From Felis catus (Eukaryota), in assembly GCF_018350175.1 (NCBI RefSeq), contig NC_058368.1, forward strand, positions 98,954,001 to 99,018,000: a stretch of 64,000 nucleotides of DNA. The letters run 5' to 3'. The notes under the pieces are model-generated. The model was not told the DNA's origin. It saw only the letters and a program-made list of their open reading frames with translations, and searched no databases. The position numbers and the translations under genes are program-made. Shown here in pieces: positions 1-12,424 of the stretch. Position 1 is the first letter of the stretch; each line of letters begins with the position of its first letter.

Positions 1-261
1 CAAAGGGGAAGTAATTGAATCCATTAAACACATCATTTTCATCATCAAATATAAAAGGTGTAAATCCAGGTGTTCTGTTAAAGGCTAAGAATTAAAAGAG
101 AACAACATGATTTTCTCATTCCACATATTATTATGGAAGTTTTCTAAGCAAGCTTGTAACATATAAAAATGAAGGTCTACTAAGACCAACAAAACAATAC
201 AAACAAAAAATACTGTCTTCTCATTTATTGGCATTTAAGTAAACACACGGTCTATAAAGTG

Positions 262-715
262 GACTCTCTTAAAATCTTGGCTTTAGACACTACTTTTGGT
301 GTGTTTTTTTAAAAAAAATGTTTATTTATTTATTTTTAAGAGAGCACGCACACAAGCGGGAGAAGGGCAGAGAGAGGGAGAGACAGGGGGAGAGAGAGAG
401 AATCCCAAGCAGGCTCCTCACTGCCAGTGCAGAGTCTGATGCGGGGCTCAAACCCACACACTGGGAGATCATGACCTGACTGAAGTCAAATGCTTCACCA
501 AGCCATTGAGGCACCCCTAAACACTACTTTTGTGATCCTCAGAAAGATATTTAACCTACTTTGCATCAGTTTTTTTCATCTATAAAATAGGGATGATAAT
601 TACATGTACTTCATATGGTTTTTTGAATTGAGTTAAAACATGTATACACTTACATACTGACATTGCCTGGCATATACTCAGTGCTCGATACATATTAGAT
701 TAAAATGTGTAGCTT
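262..715 (+). mobile_element. MIR SINE split by a Can-SINE
   Basis: MIR-core-like 'atttaacctactttgcatcagtttttttcatctataaaatagggatgataat' and 3' 'tgcctggcatatactcagtgctcgatacatattag'. Confidence 0.75.
303..518 (-). mobile_element. Can-SINE
   Basis: Antisense tRNA-like head, (GA)n, T-rich tail; TSD acactacttttg at 287-298 and 521-532. Confidence 0.95.
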
Positions 716-999
716 TTATTTACAAAGCACAGAAATATTTTAAGTTGGTCTAAACTTGGTGTAAAATAAGTTAACAGAAGTCAAGAATAAATCCACACAG
801 TGATCTAAGACCACGTCTCTCTAGGCCTTCGATGCTTATCATTCTGGCCATAAAGAGGTCTTCACACAATGAACAAGTTCTGAATCCCAGACCTCCTATT
901 CTCAGTCAACAGAGGTCAAGGTGGTAAACCATACATTTATGCCTTCTTACACCACCCTTCAACCCCCCACATTTATAGCCTTGTTGTTTCTATTTGGCT

Positions 1000-2330
1000 T
1001 AAATCCAGAACAAGTAACGCCATTAAACCCTCTACTCCCCTTTGTACAGTTAGCACCAGGAACTCATGCTTCTTGGTCCTTTCACCTCACTGGTTCTAAA
1101 CACCCTTTCTACCTGCCGTTCCCTTCCTTTGTTAAACTCTTCCTTAGCTTCCAAAAACCCTTCTACTGTGTTCTCTGGAACTCATAATCCATTATCAGCA
1201 TAATATAATGGGTTTTTAAACTCTTCTCTGAACATACTTTTGCTTTCTAGCTCTTAAAAAACCTAGGGTCTTCCTTAAAAACTCTATTTCCCCTGTAGCT
1301 TTTAATCAGTGTCTGCTTTTTCATCCCTAACTGGGCTTTGACACTGGCCTTTAAGGTGAGGTTGTGTCACCTCTACTTTTCATGGTGGTTTTCAGACCAT
1401 TTTGGATGATTCCCTTATGCTCTTCTCTAAGCACCCCCACCATCAAGGTTTAAACCTCATGATAACAGATTTATTACCCACTACCTTTCCTTGTTTCTGG
1501 CATTTGCCTGTGCCTTGGTCATTCTCCCTTCATTTCTCGGAGATTTAGCTCTCAGCTCTTTGTCATTATCAATACCTCTTCCATTTTAACTTGTGGCAGT
1601 GTGAATATTCATGGATTCATAGATAAATCTTCCAGCACCTTGCTCCCTCCATTTCTTGAGCATCTCTTCTTTTGACCTCCCTTTTTCCTGAGCTCTTTAT
1701 TCCCTAGCCATATGCTAGACCTTATTTTTACCCCACGTTACGCATTATTCCTCTTTATTTCCTATATTTCATTTCTCTTTCCCCAGCTCCCCTTTGTAGT
1801 ACTCACTACTCACTCTTAACACCCCATTTGCTTCATTCACTTGAAATAATAGGCATTCACACTCTCAGCAACTTAACCCATATTACATAGCTCAAATTAC
1901 TTGCTTAATCATTAGAAACCTTCCTTTTGGTAAACCCTCAGCTCTCTTGGTCTTCTGTTATTTCATTAGCTAGTTGGGTTCAGCTGCAGCTATGGTTAAA
2001 TCCAACTCTTCAGATACTTCACATACATATCCATGAAGTTAGATAAGATTGGGAAGAACACACAACATTCTTCATCCCATTATAAATTCTGAACAAAAAG
2101 AGCCAATGGGATTTATTTAATGTTGTCTGAAAGCTTACTCTGCTTCTCTCTTCCACTCATATATTCTGCTTCCTCCTCACATCATTTCTCCATATGTGCT
2201 TTTGTCTGAAGTTAATTCTTCTGCTTATGCACTAGAGTATATTCTATCTCAGCTGCTTGATCAAGGTGTCATTCCAGTAACCATCTTTTCTCTGTTCTGT
2301 ATCATTATTTCTGTATCTAAAAATTTCCAT
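1000..2330 (+). mobile_element. L2 LINE, degraded endonuclease-proximal ORF region
   Basis: Pyrimidine-rich; 'tgtgttctctggaactcataatccattatcagc...aactcttctctgaa...acactggcc...ggtgaggttgtgtc...ttttcagaccatt' resembles L2 consensus; no intact ORF. Confidence 0.65.
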
Positions 2331-2379
2331 GTGTCCCTAACACTCAATCGCCACTCACCTAGGGATGACCACTTCTCTG

Positions 2380-2410
<31 letters not shown>

Positions 2411-2439
2411 CGGTGGATTAGTTTTCACTCTTGGAAAAA

Positions 2440-4985
2440 TTCATTCTTCAAGTATATATTCTGTGCTCAACTTCTTTTCCTTAGCATGTCTGTGAAATTT
2501 AACCCTGTTTTATGTATAAGCAATTTGCTTCTTTTTGTTGCTGAGTAGTATTGCATAATATGACTGTATTACAGTCAATCTGTTTATCCATTTTTCTGTT
2601 GATGGTCATTTGGGTTGTTTCTAGATTTGGGCTATGCTTATTTCTATCTCTGTTTTGTCTTTTTTTGTGAATGTACTTTTTAAAATTTCTTCTGGGTAAG
2701 TACCTAGAATTGGAATGACTGGATTACAAACTAGGTATATATTTAGACTTCAAATAAAGTGCCATTTTTAAAAATAATTGTATTATTTTGTATTTCTACC
2801 ATAAATAGATGAGAATTCTGGTGTTCCCCACTCTTGACAAAACTTGAGTTGTTGGTCTTTTAACGTTTAACTTTTTTTTTTTTTTAATTTAATCCTACCA
2901 TTCTAGTGGGTGTGTAGTGGTATTTGTTGTGGTTTTCATTTGAATTTCCATGATGACTAATGAAACATGACATGGAGCATATTTTGCTATTTATTGGCTA
3001 TTTATATACCTTTCTTGTGAAGTACTTATGAAAGTAGTTTTCTTGCTTTTTATTGGATTATTTATCTCAGTTAATGAGTTGTAGAATTATGTATTATGGC
3101 TGTAAGTCCATCAGATACATATTTGCAATACTTTTCCCAGTCTGTGATTACCTATTCTTTCTTTATAGTGTCCTTTGATGGACAGATTTTTGAAATTGTG
3201 ATGGTTTAATTTGTCATTTTTTTTCTTTTAGAACTGCTTCTATGCCCTGCTAAAGATATATTTACTTACTCCTATCCCAAACATATTCTGTGGTTTCACC
3301 TAGAGTACTGTAATTTTAGTTTTTATTTTTAGGACAGTAATCCATCTCAAAGTTTATCTTTTAGAATTTGGTATGAGTTAAAAGTTATAATCTTTGTCCC
3401 CAATGTTTTACCTATCTATTTCATTAGCATTTGTTTTAAAGATTGTACTTTCACTCACCATTGAATTACATTGATTCAGTTGATTTTGTAAGTATGGGTC
3501 CATTTCTGTTCTCTTTTTTTTCTGTTAGTCCATTTACCTCTGTTTAGGCTAATGCCTCAATGTCTTGATTACTATGTCTGTATACTAAACTTTAAATTCA
3601 GGTGGATTTTTAAATCCTCCAACTTTGCTCTTTTTTTTTTTTTTTTTCAAAATTATTTAGGCTATCTTACGCCTTTACGTTTCTATTTAAATTTTAGAGC
3701 TAGCTTGTCAATTTTTACAAAACTGCCAGCTGGGATATTGATTTGGTATTATTGAATTTGGGGTCAAATTTTGTCATTTTTAACAGGACTGAATCTTCTA
3801 ATACATGGAAAAGGTATATTTTCATTTCTTTCTGTCTTGTCTTAGCCCTGTTTTTGGTGCAAAGATCCTGTATTTTTTGAAAAATTTTATCGAAGTGTGA
3901 TATATTTACACTATTTTACATATGTCTTTTAAAATTTCATTTTCCAATTGTTTTCTACAATTAAATAGAAATACAATTGATTTTTGTATTTTCACTTTGT
4001 TCCTGGAAACCTCTCTCTGTGACTGACTTGCTAGTTGAGAGAGTTGATTTGAAATTACAAGAATTACCTCCATAGACCATCATGTCATTTACAGTTATAG
4101 ATACAGTTTTCTTCTTTTCTGATTTTCATATCTTTTATTTATTATCACCTTATTTCATTGCCTAGAACCTATACTACATGTGAAATGCATACCATGTATT
4201 GATGTTCAGGATCAGAAATTCAATTCCCTACCATTGTATGTGGTCTCAGCTGTATTATTAGGTGACTTTTTTTTTTATAGAGTGAATAAATTCCCTCTCT
4301 GGTCCTCTCTTTTATTATGAATGTGAGTTTAATTTGCTGTTTTGGTGACTGTTCAAATAAACATATGGTTTTTCTCCTTTATTCTCATGTCTTGTATTGT
4401 ATTGGTTGATTTTCAAATGTTGAATTAACTGCATTCCAGAGAGAAACCCAGCTTGATCATTGTGTATTTTCTTTTCAAATATTGGATTCAGTTTACATCT
4501 GAGGATTTCTGTCAACCTATATAATCTTCTGTTAAAACGTCTGTGTCCAGTTTTGGGACTTGGGTTATGATGGCTTCATATATTGGCAAGTGTTTCCTCT
4601 TCTGTCATCTTTGGACATGTCTTTGTCAAGTTGTAATATTTATTCCCTGTAAGTTTGATGCAATTCATCAGTGGAATGATATGGAGTTTCGTGGAAATAT
4701 TTCTGATAATTAATTCAACTTCTGTAGTATTTACAATGGTATCAAAACTTTCTATATCTTCTCATGTCAATTTTGGTTAATTGTGTTTTCCAAAGAATTT
4801 TTCAATTTCATCTATGTTGTCAAGTTTATTATCATAAAGTTGATTATAATTGTCTCTTGCTTTTTTTGAAGTCCAGAGGATCTGTAAAAATACCCCTCTT
4901 CCGTTCCAAATATTGATAATTTTATTTTCTCTCTGCTTTCTTGACAGTTTTACTAAGGTTCTATAAATTTTGTAAGTTCTGTTTG
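2440..4985 (-). mobile_element. Ancient L1 (L1M-type) ORF2 and 3' end remnant
   Basis: Antisense L1 motifs; ORF 4315-4515 'KKIHNDQAGFLSGMQ' resembles L1 RT 'KKLIHHDQVGFIPGMQ'. Confidence 0.9.
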
Positions 4986-5033
4986 CTTAATTCTAACCAA
5001 ACAGTACCCATGCTACTTCTGATTGCACTTAAA

Positions 5034-5230
5034 TTTTAAATTTTTTAATTTTTTATTTTTTGAGAGCTAGAGAGTGCATGAGCAGGGGAGGGGCAGAGAG
5101 AGAGGGGAACAGGGGATCCAAAGAAGCTTTTTGCTGATAGCACAGAGCCTGACGTGGGGCTTGAACTCCTGAACAGTGAGATTATGACTTGTGCCAAAGT
5201 TGGGAGCTAAACCGACTAAGCCACCCAGGC
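5034..5230 (-). mobile_element. Can-SINE
   Basis: Antisense SINEC body ending 'ccacccaggc'. Confidence 0.93.
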
Positions 5231-6699
5231 TTTAAATATATTTAAATATTCAAGTAATGTTCTTATTTTACGAAGTTACGTAAGGTTGAATCAGAGATAC
5301 TAAATGTGTCAAGCCCCCCTTCCAAAAAAAGGTTATGTCTACCATTCAAGCTTTGCAAAGTAATGCATAATTAGTGACCTACTTTTAGAATTTATGAGCT
5401 TAGATAGATATCTTGCTACAGTGTTAATATTTATTAATAAATGACATAATATTTCTGCATTTTAATTTAACAACAAAAACTTGAGCTCAGATTATAATTT
5501 CATATGGATGTATTTCTGCCTAAAGTATAAATTAGTTTTTAAGCTGACACACAAAAAAATTGTAATTAAAGGCTAATTAACAAGGAACTGTTCCGTGCAA
5601 CTAAGGATATTTATCCAGGATTTTATTTTATTCATAATTTCTGTGTATTGAGGCAAGAAAGGAGAGGATCCCATTCATACCTCAACCTATTCTGAGCCAT
5701 TTTTATATTCATCATTAAAAAGAAGCTATTTTTAAGATATCTGCTTGTTACACCTTCTACTCCTTGGTTTAATACTAAAACATTTATTGTTATTTGACAT
5801 GGAGCACCTAATGCAAGGAGACATGTCGTGGAAAAACATAACAGACTTTAATCCAAAAGTATGGAGATAGGGCAAAAGATATATTTTACTTACTATTTTT
5901 TAAAGGCAGGCTGCTGATAGACTTAAGACTATCTGTTTGGAAATTAGTTTGAGACTGCATGAAGAAAAGCCTATAAGAAATTAATGATTAATTGTGAAGA
6001 TTTATATGGGCTATTCCATTTAGTCATAAACTAAGAAAGAAATAAGAACAAGGAGGTTATAAGTCCAAAACTGAAGAAAGCTCTATGGGCTTAAAGCCAT
6101 TACTCTAGAAAATAAATCCTGCCACAAAACATGGGAAATGAACACAGTAAATTTCAGGGTTTGGAAAATGTTTCTTATGGGAGAAAATCCCATTAAGTCG
6201 ATCTGAATTGCTTCAGAAGAAGGTCCGTGGCAGTGTCAACTGCCATTAACATGAAGGATACTTCCCTGTTTCTCACTGCATTATGTGTGTATCAGATTCT
6301 ATGACTTTTGTTTTTGATCAATAACCAATTTTTTCTAAGAACACTAAAAGGTTACAACCTGGTTTGCTCACAGTAATGAAAATTTACTGGAATGTGAGTC
6401 ATCCCTATTTAAATCAGCCTATTGAGTCATCAATATTTGGAGGCCCTGATGGGCTTGCTGTATTTATCACTGTCCTTTGGCTAATGGAGGTTTGAGTTCA
6501 TATCATAATTTAAGCCAAGCATCGATTTTAGTTGATAAAGCCATTTCCTCCATCAAATGACTCTTGGTAAGAACCAGTATTACACTGCTTCACTAGCAAT
6601 CAACTGAAGGAGACTCAACCAAAGAATGAAACAGAGATGCGATAGACAGTTCTAGGCTCAATTGTTTTTGTTATTAACAACAAGAAGTTCACTAAGTCA

Positions 6700-6965
6700 G
6701 GGTGCCTGGGTGGCTCAGCAGGTTGAGTCCGACTTCAGCTCAGGTTATGATCTCACAGTTTGTGAGTTCAAGTCCTGCGTCAGGCTCTGTGCTGATGGCT
6801 CAGAGCCTGGAGACTGCTTGTGGGTTTGAGCCCTGGTCACGTTCTGTGCTGACAACTCAGAGCCTGGAGCCTGTTGGATTCTGTGTCTCCCTCTCTCTCT
6901 GCCCTCCCATGCTTGTACTCTCTTTCTGAAAAATAAATAAATAAACTTAAAAAAATAAATAAAAT
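6700..6965 (+). mobile_element. Can-SINE (SINEC_Fc type) with duplicated internal segment
   Basis: Head gggtgcctgggtggctcag, two copies of the 'ctgtgctga..ctcagagcctggag' block, (CT)n, AATAAA tail; TSD aagtt(c/g)actaagtca. Confidence 0.93.
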
Positions 6966-7051
6966 TTAGTTTAAAAAAATTGACTAAGTCACTGAAACTA
7001 ATTCTAAAATTTAGTTTAAAAAAAAGTTGACTAAGTCACTGAAACTAATTC
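6960..7051. repeat. Tandem duplication, 45/47 bp units
   Basis: taaaatttagtttaaaaaaa(ag)ttgactaagtcactgaaactaattc twice. Confidence 0.95.
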
Positions 7052-7562
7052 ATTTTTATTTTTTGCATTTTTGAAAATACATATAAGTACTAAAAAAAAG
7101 AACATATTAATATAAATCATAATCCTTGTCGTGTTCCTATCCACTGACAACTTAGTATTCTAAGAATTCAATGTGCCAGTGAGTAAGCACGTCTTATTTT
7201 CATTTTGTGAAATCCGTATCCTGTAGTAATCCTTCATAAGGCATTTTGCCTTTTTTACTTCAGTGTGGGCAGAGTTGGTATTGGCTTTAGAAAATACTAT
7301 GCTTATAAAGTGCTTATTGTCACATTTATTTCTTTGGAATCTACATCTTTTCTATCCATGTGCTTGTATGTAACTAAATTCTGATGTAGGGCATTCAGAG
7401 CTTTCAATATCTGGAATGTTTAGACGTTTTGCTAACTGGTTGGTAACTCCAGTTAGTCCTTACTTTGAACTCAAGTTAGCCTTATAGTCTACATGCTTTT
7501 TCTCAGAGAAAGCGGGCCCTTTCTTAGTCCTACTTCTATGTGATTCACTCCTTGGCTTACAT

Positions 7563-7587
7563 CTTTCTTTCTTTCTCTCTTTCTTTT

Positions 7588-7671
<84 letters not shown>

Positions 7672-7672
7672 G
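7563..7672. repeat. (TTTC)n microsatellite
   Basis: Direct reading. Confidence 0.98.
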
Positions 7673-8129
7673 TCTCTGTCTCTTTTTGTTTTTTACAGTC
7701 CATCAGTACTCAAGCTAATCTGTCTAAAATTTTTCCTTGATGAATATTGGAAATTTTTTTTTCTGTAGCTGTGTTTTCCACATCTGGGAGATCAATATAT
7801 TCATGTCTATGATTTCATTAAAAAAATTATCAAGTTCTAGGTACTAGGCATAAGATATGTAGTGGTAAATAGGACATACATAGACTCTGTGTGTAACTAG
7901 AGCATAAAATACTAAGGAGCTCAATATACGTCTAACTTGTTACATTTTTGTAAAGTGCTGTGAAGTGCAAGTACAGTATTCTGTGCGTACAAAATAGGGT
8001 CTGCCATTTAAGCATAACTAATTTGTCACTACCAGAATCTTGATACTGGCAAGCTACCGGCATATATCAACATAGAATTAGGAACCCAGACTTGCCTTTT
8101 TATATTTAAAAAGGCACATGTATAATACA

Positions 8130-9030
8130 GTTTTATTTATAATTCAGCAAATAAGCCTTAAGCATAACCCAATAGCTGAACCTGTGTAAGTCACTCGAGA
8201 TCAAAATGAAACGGGACTGTGCCTGCCTTTTAGAAGTCCATGGTTTAAAGAGAATTTATACATGTATACTACTTACATTAACACAGTGTGATAAGTCCTG
8301 TCACAGAATAATGTGTGCTATGGATTAAATGTGTCTATACATTGCCCCCATCACCGAAGTCCTGTATATTGAAGCCCTAAACCTCCATTGTAATGATATT
8401 TGGAGATGGAGCCATTGGGTGGTAATTACTTTACATGAGATCATGAGGATGGGGCTCTCACAACAGGATTGGTACTCTTGTCAGAAGACACAGTAGAGAA
8501 CATGCTCTGGATGTGAAGACCAGGGGAAAGTGGCCATCTGCGTGTCAGGAAGAGAGCTTCTCCCAAAACATGACCATACTGGCACCCTGATCTTGGACTT
8601 CCAGATACCAAAGCTATGGGGAATAAATTCCTCTTGTTTAATCCCCCTAGTCTGTGGTATTTTGTTAAGGCAGCCGTAGAAGAGGAGTATGATGTATAGC
8701 CTATGTCGGTGGCTTAGAGGACAGAATAATTAATTTTGCTTAGAACAACCAAAGACAGCTCCAGAAAGGAAGTGATACCTGAGCTTGGCCTTGAAGGGTG
8801 AATAAAATTTTACTTTGTAGAGAAAAGGGTGAAAGGGCATTTCGACCATGAAAAAAAAATTAGCAAAATGCAGGAATTAGAGATGAATTCTATCTTGTTT
8901 AAAAAGGTGAATGGTGATACCACCAACAGATGAAACATAGAAAAACTAGATGGATTTGACTAAATAGAGTGAAGTAGCATGATGCTGAATTTGACCAGGA
9001 TGGCTTTGTAAGTACCAAGCAATTGCAAAC
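8130..9030 (-). mobile_element. L2 3' portion, interrupted by MLT1A
   Basis: 'tttatttataattcagcaaata...gcctgccttttagaagtccatgg' and 'ggaagtgatacctgagcttggccttgaagggtgaata'. Confidence 0.65.
8316..8690 (+). mobile_element. MaLR solo LTR, MLT1A-like
   Basis: Starts tgctatggattaaatgtgt; 'ctggcaccctgatcttggacttccag', 'aataaattcctcttgtttaa', 'gtctgtggtattttgttaaggcagcc'. Confidence 0.88.
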
Positions 9031-9034
9031 ATAA

Positions 9035-9066
9035 CTGATGAAGGGATAAAGAAGATGTGGCACACG

Positions 9067-9105
<39 letters not shown>

Positions 9106-9509
9106 ATATTATTTGGTGATCAAAAAGAACAAAATCTTGTTATTTACAATCACGTGGATGGAATTAGAGTGTATTATGCTAAACACAATTAGATAAAAAC
9201 AAATACATCATTTCACTCATATGTAGCGTTTAAGAAAAAAACATGAACATAGAGGAAGGGAAGGAAAAATAAGATAAAAACAGAGAGGAGGACAAACCGT
9301 AGGAGACTCTTAAATATAGAAAACAAACAGGATTGCTGGAGGGGAGATGGGTGGGGGGGATGGGTTAATGTGCAAAGGGCATTAAGGATGGCACTTGTTG
9401 GAATGATCAATTTGTTATATGTTAGTGATAAATCACTGAGTTCTGCTTTTGAAACCAATACTACACTCTATGTTAACTCACTTGAATTTAAATTAAAAAA
9501 TTAAAAAAA
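9035..9509 (+). mobile_element. 5'-truncated carnivore/felid L1 3' end
   Basis: ORF2 C-terminal remnant, felid-type 3'UTR, A tail; short TSD aaacataa at 9027-9034 and 9507-9514; internal (CG)n(CA)n. Confidence 0.9.
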
Positions 9510-9567
9510 CATAAGTATGGAAATCAGAAGAAACTTGGGAACTGCTTTCAACAATTGTGTATGTCTT

Positions 9568-10010
9568 TAGTGGATATTAGGTGTCCCACCCAGGTCACCT
9601 CTTCAAGGTCAAATTATCTGTCTACCAGCTGCTGATAGACTCGCTTAAAGCTTAAGCCTTCATTGTGATTTCTTATTTGGCAACGAGCAGCTGCTTTGCT
9701 CAAAATTACATTCCTTCCTGAAATGGGGTAAGGAGTGTGGGTAGGAAACCTGTGGACAATGACCAGATGATGCAGAGATTTGAAGACCTGGCATCCTTAG
9801 CTTATTTGGGAAAAACTCCAAAGGGCATCCAAAGCCCCAGGACTTTGTGTAGATTGGCTGAGGGCTCAGTTACAACTACCTTGTGATTCAGCTTCTCCTT
9901 CTGCCAAAGCCCGCCTTTCACACACTGTCTCAGGTGAACTTTCTAAGAGCATTGTCCAGTCACCTTTATCATTGAAAAATCCCATTTTCAGGAAACCCAA
10001 TATAAGGCAC
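9568..10010 (+). mobile_element. ERVL LTR, LTR16C-like
   Basis: 'aactccaaagggcatcc', 'gattggctgagg', 'cagcttctccttctgccaa', end 'ggaaacccaatataaggca'. Confidence 0.75.
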
Positions 10011-11075
10011 TGCCATCTCAAATCCCAGAATACCAATATGAAGAAGTATAGGGCTTGGGAAGGAGAAGAGTGACCACATGCTGAAGTTGCTGCACAATCT
10101 CACTAATACGTATCAGTATACCAGGAGAAGACGAGGGTCTATGCACAGTTTGGATCCTGATGGTGCTGAACACGGTAGGACAGCAGAGAAAGAAAGTTGG
10201 GGAAAGGAGAGTTTATCAATATGGGAGCAGTGTCCTGTGAAACAATTTAATATTCTGGCATCTACCCTGGGAAGTCATGCTAATTCTCTCCTAGGATAAT
10301 TCTTGGAAACAGGGAACAAATACTGAGCCGAAGTAAATTAAGTAGAATTTCCAGAGTTTTCAGGGTGGATGGCAGGAAAAAGAATTAAAGGACCCAGAGA
10401 GGTGGGCAGAATCTATTACACGAGGCTGGATGAACAGCTTATAATGTTTTATGGGAAGGCAGAGAGAACATTCCAGTGCAATAAGGAATGGTGAAAGGGG
10501 AATAAAAGATTAGCTCAGTGAGGGCTGTTCTTTCTAGGCAAAGAATGACAGTAGGGGGTGCTATTATAGAACTGATAGCAATTAGTTATGGTTGCATCTC
10601 AAATAAGACCAGATGCTCATGCTTAGCAATCAAAAGCAAGGTAAGTGCAGTGATCACAGTAGGTGGCAAGTTCTGAGTGGCAGACAGAGGAGGCTAGCTT
10701 CACAATGAGATAAGGAGATGGTTAACAGAATATGTTAGTCCTTAAGGAAAAATGAGTAGATAGCAAATAAGGGTTTTGCATAATGTATACAATCAAAATA
10801 GATTTAAAAAATGGAAGATGAAGAAGCAGAGAGAAGCTGCCCATCAAAACACGATAGTCTTTCCCCGGATTCTAGGTGTGATCCATTTCTGAGACCATGA
10901 ACCTATTGACTGAAAGAGAGGTTCTGCCTATGATGAAGGATCATTTTTCACTGTGATAAATGTGTAGTAGAATTCCCCAGTACTTGACCAAAGTGACCCA
11001 TGACCTTTAATTTAGGTATCTGAGCTCTTGGAAAAGGAAATATCCAGATCATTCAAGAATTGATGTATATAGGAA
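10010..11075 (+). mobile_element. ERVL internal (HERV16/ERV3-16A3-like) gag to protease remnant
   Basis: 'gggaaaggagagtttatcaatatgggagca', 'ggaaaaggaaatatccagatcattcaagaattg' resemble ERVL gag and pro start; directly follows the LTR; multiple stops. Confidence 0.65.
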
Positions 11076-11079
11076 CATA

Positions 11080-12290
11080 GTGAGGAGAGAAATATAAAGT
11101 ATTAAAAAGGAACCAAATGGAATGTCTAGAACCCCAAATACATTATGTGCATTGATAAATTTTTCTGCAAGTTGAACACCGTGGAAAAAAGATCAGTGGA
11201 TTGAAAGACACAGTGATAGAAATTGTGCATACAGAAGCACTGAGAGAAAAAAATCATTACTGCAACAAATATATTTGTTGTTCCAAAAGGAACTCCAAAA
11301 GGAGGTTGACAGAAATTGAAGAAATAACAGACTAACATTTTCCAAATTTGCACAAACATGATACGGTCACGTGTCCCAGATTTTCAAAAAATTCCGATCA
11401 TGGAAAAAAGGCCAAAACACATAATTCAAATTACATAAAATCATTGTTAAAAATACAATTTTAGAAGAGAAAAATAAGATCAAATGGAGGGTGATAAACA
11501 TCAGAAGATGATTGACTTTCTGTCATATGTTAATCTAGAATTCTATATCCTGAAAAAAAAAATCCCCTTCAGGAATGAAGATAAAAATAAAATAAATGTA
11601 TGTTCAGGAAAGGAAAAACTTGGAGAATCCCTCACCAGAAGGTTTTCCCAAAAAGAAAGTTTAAATTTCTTCAGCTGAAGGAACATTTTAATAAGTTTTA
11701 CTAAGGAATGAAAAAGTACGGTGAATAGTCCCTCAGTGGGTAAATAAAAATGTTCCCTCATTTTTCAATTTCTATAAAATATATTTTATTGTTTAATTTT
11801 AAATGTAATATATTTGGGGAGTTTATGATGTGTAGATGAAGATTGACATAAAATGTATAAAGAAGAGTGGGTTAGAAGTATACTGTTAAGCATTTCTAAT
11901 CTCTGAAGTGTCATAATACTTGAAAATAGTGACAAAAGATGCTCTGCAAGCTCTAGAGCTCCTGCTTTATCAACTTAAAAATTACAGTTAATAAGACCAC
12001 AGTAAAGAAAAATTTAATGATAAACATATTTAAACAGTCAAAAAGAATGCAAGGAAGAACAAAAAAAATATATATGGGACAAATTGAAAAACAGATAGTC
12101 ATATGGTATACTTAAAAACAACTATGTAAATAATTATATTCATTATAAATACTCTAAACTGTTTAACTAAAAACCAAAGTACATTACAGTGGATTCATCT
12201 AGAGAAAATGCATTTTGTATATGAAGTTATAGATTTAACAGTAAGACGATGGGAAAATATATTTTAATATCAAATAAGTCCTCAGGACTA
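11080..12290 (+). mobile_element. Ancient L1 ORF1 / inter-ORF / ORF2-start remnant
   Basis: A-rich; 'aaggaaccaaatggaa', 'ctagaattctatatcc...cccttcaggaatgaag'. Confidence 0.75.
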
Positions 12291-12424
12291 GGAATATTAA
12301 CTAATTTTAGGGAGTTCATTGTGGTGATGATGTTTAGTTTTTTATTATAATCTACTTAGTGCTTTTATCCTTTAAAGTCACAGAGATTTTCTTTGACTTT
12401 TTTTTTTTTTTTTTCTCTCTTCAG

